Source: Solirubrobacterales bacterium
GTDB lineage: Bacteria > Actinomycetota > Thermoleophilia > Solirubrobacterales > 70-9
NCBI GenBank assembly: GCA_036403715.1
Contig: DASWQL010000005.1
Coordinates: 2,295-66,294 of the forward strand
DNA length: 64,000 nucleotides
Direction: 5' to 3'
A model generated the notes under the pieces. That model had not been told where the DNA came from. It ran no database searches and saw only the letters and a list, made by a program, of their open reading frames with translations. This document shows positions 60,228-64,000 of this stretch, piece after piece (the stretch's first letter is position 1; every line of letters starts with the position of its first letter). The position numbers were made by a program, and so were the translations under genes.

Positions 60228-61871
60228 ATGGCTGACCTCGTCCTCGGTCCCCTGCTGCGCTACGTCGGCGAGACCGAGGCGACGGTCTGGGTCGAGACCG
60301 ACTCGCCCTGCGAGGTCGAGATCCTCGGACGCACCGAGCCGACCTTCACGGTCGAAGAGCACCACTACGCCCTGGTCAGGCTCGAAGGGCTCGAGCCTGC
60401 CGGGTTCTACGAGTACGAGGTCACGCTCGACGGCGAGCGCCGATGGCCGCAAGCCGACTCGGAGCTGCCGCCGAGCGTCATCCGCACCCTCGGCGGCGAC
60501 AAGCCGCTCGACATCTGCTTCGGCTCCTGCCGGGTCGCGCTGCCCGACCGCGAGCCCTATGTCGACAGCAAGGACCGCCGGGAAGAGGGCCACGAGTTCG
60601 ACGCGCTGTACGTCCTGGCGACGGAAATGAGGCGGACCGAACGCCACAAGTGGCCGGAGCTGCTGTTCCTGATCGGCGACCAGGTCTACGTCGACGAGGG
60701 CTCGCCGCGCACGCGCGAAAGGATCCGCGAACGGCGCGGCGTCGAGACGCCCCCTTATGAAGAGGTGACCGACTACGAGGAGTACTCCTGGCTCTACGAG
60801 GAGTCGTGGAGCGAGCCGCTGATCCGCTGGCTGTTCTCCACCGTCTCGGTCTCGATGCAGTGGGACGACCACGACATGAGCGACGACTGGAACATCTCCG
60901 AGAGCTGGCTCGAGGAGCGCCGGCGGACGTCGTGGTGGCACCGGCGGGCGGTCTCCGGAATCATCAGCTACTGGGTCTACCAGCACCTCGGCAACCTGGC
61001 GCCCGAGGCGCTCGACGAAGACGACCTCTACGGGCGGGTGCGAGGCAACGTCCACGCGAGCAAGGATCTGCGCGAGTTCGCGGCCAAGGTCGAATCGATT
61101 GGCCACGGCAGCCGCTGGAGCTTCTGCCGCGACCTCGGCGGCACCCGGGTGCTCTTCGTCGACTCCCGGGCGGGGCGCGTACTCGAGCCGGGCAACCGGT
61201 CGATGGTCGACGAGGACGAGTGGGGCTGGGTCACCGAGCACAGCCGCGGCGACTTCGACCATCTGCTGATCGCGACCACGGTGCCCTACCTGCTCTCGCC
61301 CGGCTTCCACCATCTCGAGGCCTGGAGCGAGCGGGTCTGCGACGGCGCCTGGGGCCGGCCGGCCGTCAAGCTGGGGGAGAAGGTGCGCCGTGCCGCCGAC
61401 TTCGACCACTGGGCCTCGTTCGACAGGTCGTTCCAGTTGCTGCGGGAGCTGCTCGAGAAGGTCGGGTCGGGCAAGCGCGGCAGGGCGCCGGCCTCGATCG
61501 TGATCCTTTCCGGCGACGTCCACCACGCTTACCTGGCCGAGATCGGCTTCAAGCCCGAGGTCGAGATGGCCAGCAACGTGTACCAGGCGGTCTGCTCGCC
61601 CTACCGCAACCCGCTCGACGAGAAGGAGCGATTGGCGATCAGGGCCGGCTTCACCCGCCCCTTCATCGCCGCGGTTCGCCGTTTGGGGAAGGCCGCGGGA
61701 GTCCCCGACCCGGGCATCCGCTGGCGTCTGACCGAGGGTCCCTACTTCGACAACCAGGTAGCGACGCTGCGCATCGATGGGCGCAAAGCGCTGCTCCAGC
61801 TCGACAAGACCGTCCCCGGCGACGAGGACGAGCGCCGCCTGGAGTGCGTCTTCGAGCGCCGCCTGGCCTAA
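60228..61871 (+). CDS. PhoD-like alkaline phosphatase/metallophosphoesterase
   Basis: The N-terminus LGPLLRYVGETEATVWVETD resembles a PhoD N-terminal beta-sandwich. Also present are FGSCR, GDQVYVD, WDDHD and SGDVHH metallophosphatase motifs. Confidence 0.65.
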   Translation: MADLVLGPLLRYVGETEATVWVETDSPCEVEILGRTEPTFTVEEHHYALVRLEGLEPAGFYEYEVTLDGERRWPQADSELPPSVIRTLGGDKPLDICFGSCRVALPDREPYVDSKDRREEGHEFDALYVLATEMRRTERHKWPELLFLIGDQVYVDEGSPRTRERIRERRGVETPPYEEVTDYEEYSWLYEESWSEPLIRWLFSTVSVSMQWDDHDMSDDWNISESWLEERRRTSWWHRRAVSGIISYWVYQHLGNLAPEALDEDDLYGRVRGNVHASKDLREFAAKVESIGHGSRWSFCRDLGGTRVLFVDSRAGRVLEPGNRSMVDEDEWGWVTEHSRGDFDHLLIATTVPYLLSPGFHHLEAWSERVCDGAWGRPAVKLGEKVRRAADFDHWASFDRSFQLLRELLEKVGSGKRGRAPASIVILSGDVHHAYLAEIGFKPEVEMASNVYQAVCSPYRNPLDEKERLAIRAGFTRPFIAAVRRLGKAAGVPDPGIRWRLTEGPYFDNQVATLRIDGRKALLQLDKTVPGDEDERRLECVFERRLA

Positions 61872-61894
61872 ACCGCGCTGTTTGATCAGGTAAT

Positions 61895-61923
61895 TTGGCG
61901 AAGCTAAGGAATGGTGTTATGCT
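61895..61923 (+). promoter_or_regulatory. Sigma-70-type promoter for tRNA-Thr
   Basis: TTGGCG, a 17-nt spacer and TATGCT, with TGT immediately 5' of the -10 element. It lies in an AT-rich patch 54 nt upstream of the tRNA. Confidence 0.45.
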
Positions 61924-61976
61924 CGCGCGGAATTCGATCAGTCAGGGTTACTGATTCGAAGGCAGGGCCATAGCCA

Positions 61977-62049
61977 GCACCAGTGCCTTAATCGGTTAAA
62001 GGGACGGCGTTGTAAGCCGTAGATCCGGGTTCGAGCCCCGGCTGGTGCA
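61977..62049 (+). tRNA. tRNA-Thr(UGU)
   Basis: Acceptor GCACCAG/CTGGTGC, D arm CCTT/AAGG, anticodon arm ACGGC-GTTGTAA-GCCGT, T arm CCGGG-TTCGAGC-CCCGG. Confidence 0.8.
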
Positions 62050-62076
62050 TCCGAAGCAGGCAAACCAGACGGGGCT

Positions 62077-63774
62077 ATGGGCGCAAACCTTTTCGACAAC
62101 TTGGACGAGATCGCCGTGCGGGGGGACGGGCAGGTTCTCTGGGCCGCGCGGGCCCCGTACCGGCCCGAGGAGTCCTACGACCTGATGATGGTGCCGCGGG
62201 TCCGGGAGTGGCGCGCCAACCCCGACTCGGTCGCGGCGCTGGAGCGGATCGAGGCCGAGCCCTGGGTCGAGGCCGTCGTCCGCGACGGCGACGAGGTGCG
62301 GGTGCGGCTCGCCGACGACTGGATCGAGCACACGGGGGAGGCGCTCGAGGCCGGCGAGGGTGTGGCCGCCGGTTGCGCCGACCTCGCCGCCGGCGAGGAC
62401 TACGCCGTCTACTTCTGGGGCGCCAACACGACCAAGGCGCTGCACATCGGCCACCTCCGCAACCTCGCGGTCGGCAACGCAATCGGAGCCTCGCTGGCGC
62501 AGGCCGGCGGCATCGTCGAGCACCGCAGCCTGATCTGCGACGTCGGCCGCAGCATGGGGGAGGCGATGGCGGGCGTGGTGGGAAGTGGCGGCGACCAGAG
62601 CGCCTGGCCGGAAGGGGGAGAGAAGAGCGACCACTTCGTCGGCTACTGCTATGCCGACTACGTCAAGTCGGGGCGCACCAACGGCGACCGCGACGGCGAC
62701 GACGGCGCCGAGGACTCGGTGGCGCGCGAGTCCTCGATCTACAACGACAAAGCCGACGAGCTGATGATGCGGGTGCTCGGCGGCGAGCAGCCGGCGCTCG
62801 AACTGTGGTCGAAGACGCGCGCCTGGGTGATCTCCGGCCAGCGCAAGACCCTGTCCCGGCTCGGCATCTCCTTCGACAAGGTGATCTTCGAGTCCGACTT
62901 CCTGCCCGAGGTCGCCGAACTGATGAACCTCGGCCTCAGCGAGGGGACGCTGACCCGCCGCTACGGCGACGACATGGTGATGTACGAGACCGAACGCGAG
63001 GAGCTGGAGGAGATGCCGCTGGTTCGCTCCGACGGACTTCCGACCCAGCACATGCGGGCGCTGGCCTACTGGGCGGCGGCGCCGGAGCTCGACGGCGTCA
63101 CCTCGCTGCAGGTCTGCGGCAACGAGTGGGTCGCCCACGTCACCTGCCGGCGCCAGCTGATCGACGCGCTCGGGGTCACCAACGGCAACGGCAACGGCAG
63201 CGCCAGGGGCGGCGGCCCGCCGACCCACGACATCTTCCACGGGATGGTCGCGCGCGAGAACCGCTCGATCAGCTCCAGCAAGGAAGGGGCGCTGCTGATC
63301 GACGACCTGACCGAGTGGCTGGAGGGCGAGGTGGAGTCCCGGCCCGAGTGCGCCGAGGTGCGCGCCGCCCATCCGGCGCCGGACCGCATCCCCGCCCAGG
63401 TCGCCCTCGGCTACTTCCTCCTCCAGCCCACCACCAAGCAGATCGACTTCGACCCGGAGCGACTCTTGCGGCCGCAGAAAGAGAGTCTTGGCTGGGATCT
63501 GGCCCGGGCGCAGGCGCATCGCGGCGGCTCGGTGCCGCTCAAGGGCGAGCGGCCGGCGGAGGACCCTGACTATCGCTTTGCGGTGGTGCAGTCGGAGATG
63601 TACCGGCGGCATCTGGGCAGCGCCGTCGCCAACTACGACGTCCTCCCGCTCGCCCGCTACCTCTCCCACTTCGCTCGCTGGTACCGGCAGAGCGAGCGGG
63701 CGCCGCAGGTCGAGCGGGCGGTGCAGGTGGTGCTCGAGCGGGGGTCACGCGGCCTCGGGTTGGAGGGGGTGTGA
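62077..63774 (+). CDS. Arginyl-tRNA-synthetase-like class I aaRS (divergent; housekeeping or paralogue unresolved)
   Basis: The HIGH region WGANTTKALHIGHLRNLAVGNAIGASLAQAGGIVEHRSLICDVGRSMG is colinear with ArgRS (ANPTGPLHxGHxR..xxGDAxxRxL..xGxxV.....xxDxGxQ). ISSSKEGALLIDDL stands in the MSTRKG/KMSKS position. Length is 565 aa. Confidence 0.6.
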   Translation: MGANLFDNLDEIAVRGDGQVLWAARAPYRPEESYDLMMVPRVREWRANPDSVAALERIEAEPWVEAVVRDGDEVRVRLADDWIEHTGEALEAGEGVAAGCADLAAGEDYAVYFWGANTTKALHIGHLRNLAVGNAIGASLAQAGGIVEHRSLICDVGRSMGEAMAGVVGSGGDQSAWPEGGEKSDHFVGYCYADYVKSGRTNGDRDGDDGAEDSVARESSIYNDKADELMMRVLGGEQPALELWSKTRAWVISGQRKTLSRLGISFDKVIFESDFLPEVAELMNLGLSEGTLTRRYGDDMVMYETEREELEEMPLVRSDGLPTQHMRALAYWAAAPELDGVTSLQVCGNEWVAHVTCRRQLIDALGVTNGNGNGSARGGGPPTHDIFHGMVARENRSISSSKEGALLIDDLTEWLEGEVESRPECAEVRAAHPAPDRIPAQVALGYFLLQPTTKQIDFDPERLLRPQKESLGWDLARAQAHRGGSVPLKGERPAEDPDYRFAVVQSEMYRRHLGSAVANYDVLPLARYLSHFARWYRQSERAPQVERAVQVVLERGSRGLGLEGV

Positions 63775-64000
63775 TGAGGACGCTGCTGATCGACAACCAC
63801 GACTCCTACAGCTACAACGTCTTCCACCTGCTCGCCGCCGCCTCCGGCGAGGAGCCGGTCGTGGTCAACAACGACGCGGTGTCCTGGCGCGTGCTCTCGC
63901 GCTCGGACTTCGACGCGATCGTCCTCTCGCCCGGGCCGGGACGGCCGGAACGCTGGCACGACTTCGGCGTCTGCCGCGACATCCTCCGCTACAGCGAGAT
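63774..64000 (+). CDS. Glutamine amidotransferase (PabA/TrpG-type; aminodeoxychorismate/anthranilate synthase component II or fused PabAB), 5' part
   Basis: Manual translation gives MRTLLIDNHDSYSYNVFHLLAAASGEEPVVVNNDAVSWRVLSRSDFDAIVLSPGPGRPE... The ATG overlaps the upstream TGA (ATGA). The gene runs off the window end. Confidence 0.7.
   Translation, partial: MRTLLIDNHDSYSYNVFHLLAAASGEEPVVVNNDAVSWRVLSRSDFDAIVLSPGPGRPERWHDFGVCRDILRYSE

Noticed and set aside
61996-63669. 557-aa minus-strand ORF antisense to the ArgRS-like gene
   Set aside because: No motifs and a G/R/A/V/D-rich composition. The plus frame has the HIGH-region signature.

Overview
High-GC, densely coding segment that looks like an actinobacterial chromosome. 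Hand counts of single 60-nt lines give about 70% GC in core genes. All calls rest on motif recognition in the supplied ORF translations and on reading the DNA by eye. No database or HMM search was run.

Content from left to right:
1. A GcvT/YgfZ-like gene fragment and an mntR-mntH manganese pair.
2. Small hypothetical genes, an NMT1/THI5-type binding lipoprotein and an aquaporin.
3. A complete coenzyme F420 locus: fbiC, then cofE-cofC-cofD-npdG on the opposite strand, with a Zn-ADH between them.
4. An SDR, a DUF559/AbiEi-like gene, HMG-CoA lyase and acetoacetyl-CoA synthetase.
5. tRNA-Leu(CAA), tRNA-Leu(UAG) and tRNA-Trp.
6. A ferric-reductase-like / ApbE operon.
7. A cell-envelope block: a DUF2233-type glycosidase, a LolA-like protein, an ABC-2 exporter, a COG4705-like membrane protein, an OmpR/HK two-component system, a lipoprotein, two ABC ATPases and a 900-aa double-FtsX permease. 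Several of its promoters share a TCTCATC direct-repeat box.
8. A CDF transporter, a PQQ beta-propeller lipoprotein, tRNA-Gly and tRNA-Pro.
9. A roughly 10.6-kb AT-shifted island (35491-46094) inserted in the 3' end of tRNA-Pro(GGG) and bounded by a perfect 48-bp direct repeat.
10. A decayed accessory stretch with a nucleotidyltransferase pair and tandem ORF6N genes, followed by assorted stress and transport genes.
11. tRNA-Thr and an ArgRS-like gene translationally coupled to a PabA-like amidotransferase at the window end.

No rRNA and no CRISPR array were seen.

Best candidate for a new system: the first cargo of the tRNA-Pro island (35.8-39.8 kb). It comprises a CxxC..CxxC mini-ORF, a 598-aa GHKL/MORC-like ATPase, a DUF4338-like protein (the DruA signature domain, but without DruB-E) and a serine recombinase that has lost its catalytic residues. 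The island also carries an int-xis-P-loop replicase core, a repeat-dense non-coding control region, hicBA and several layers of degenerate att remnants.
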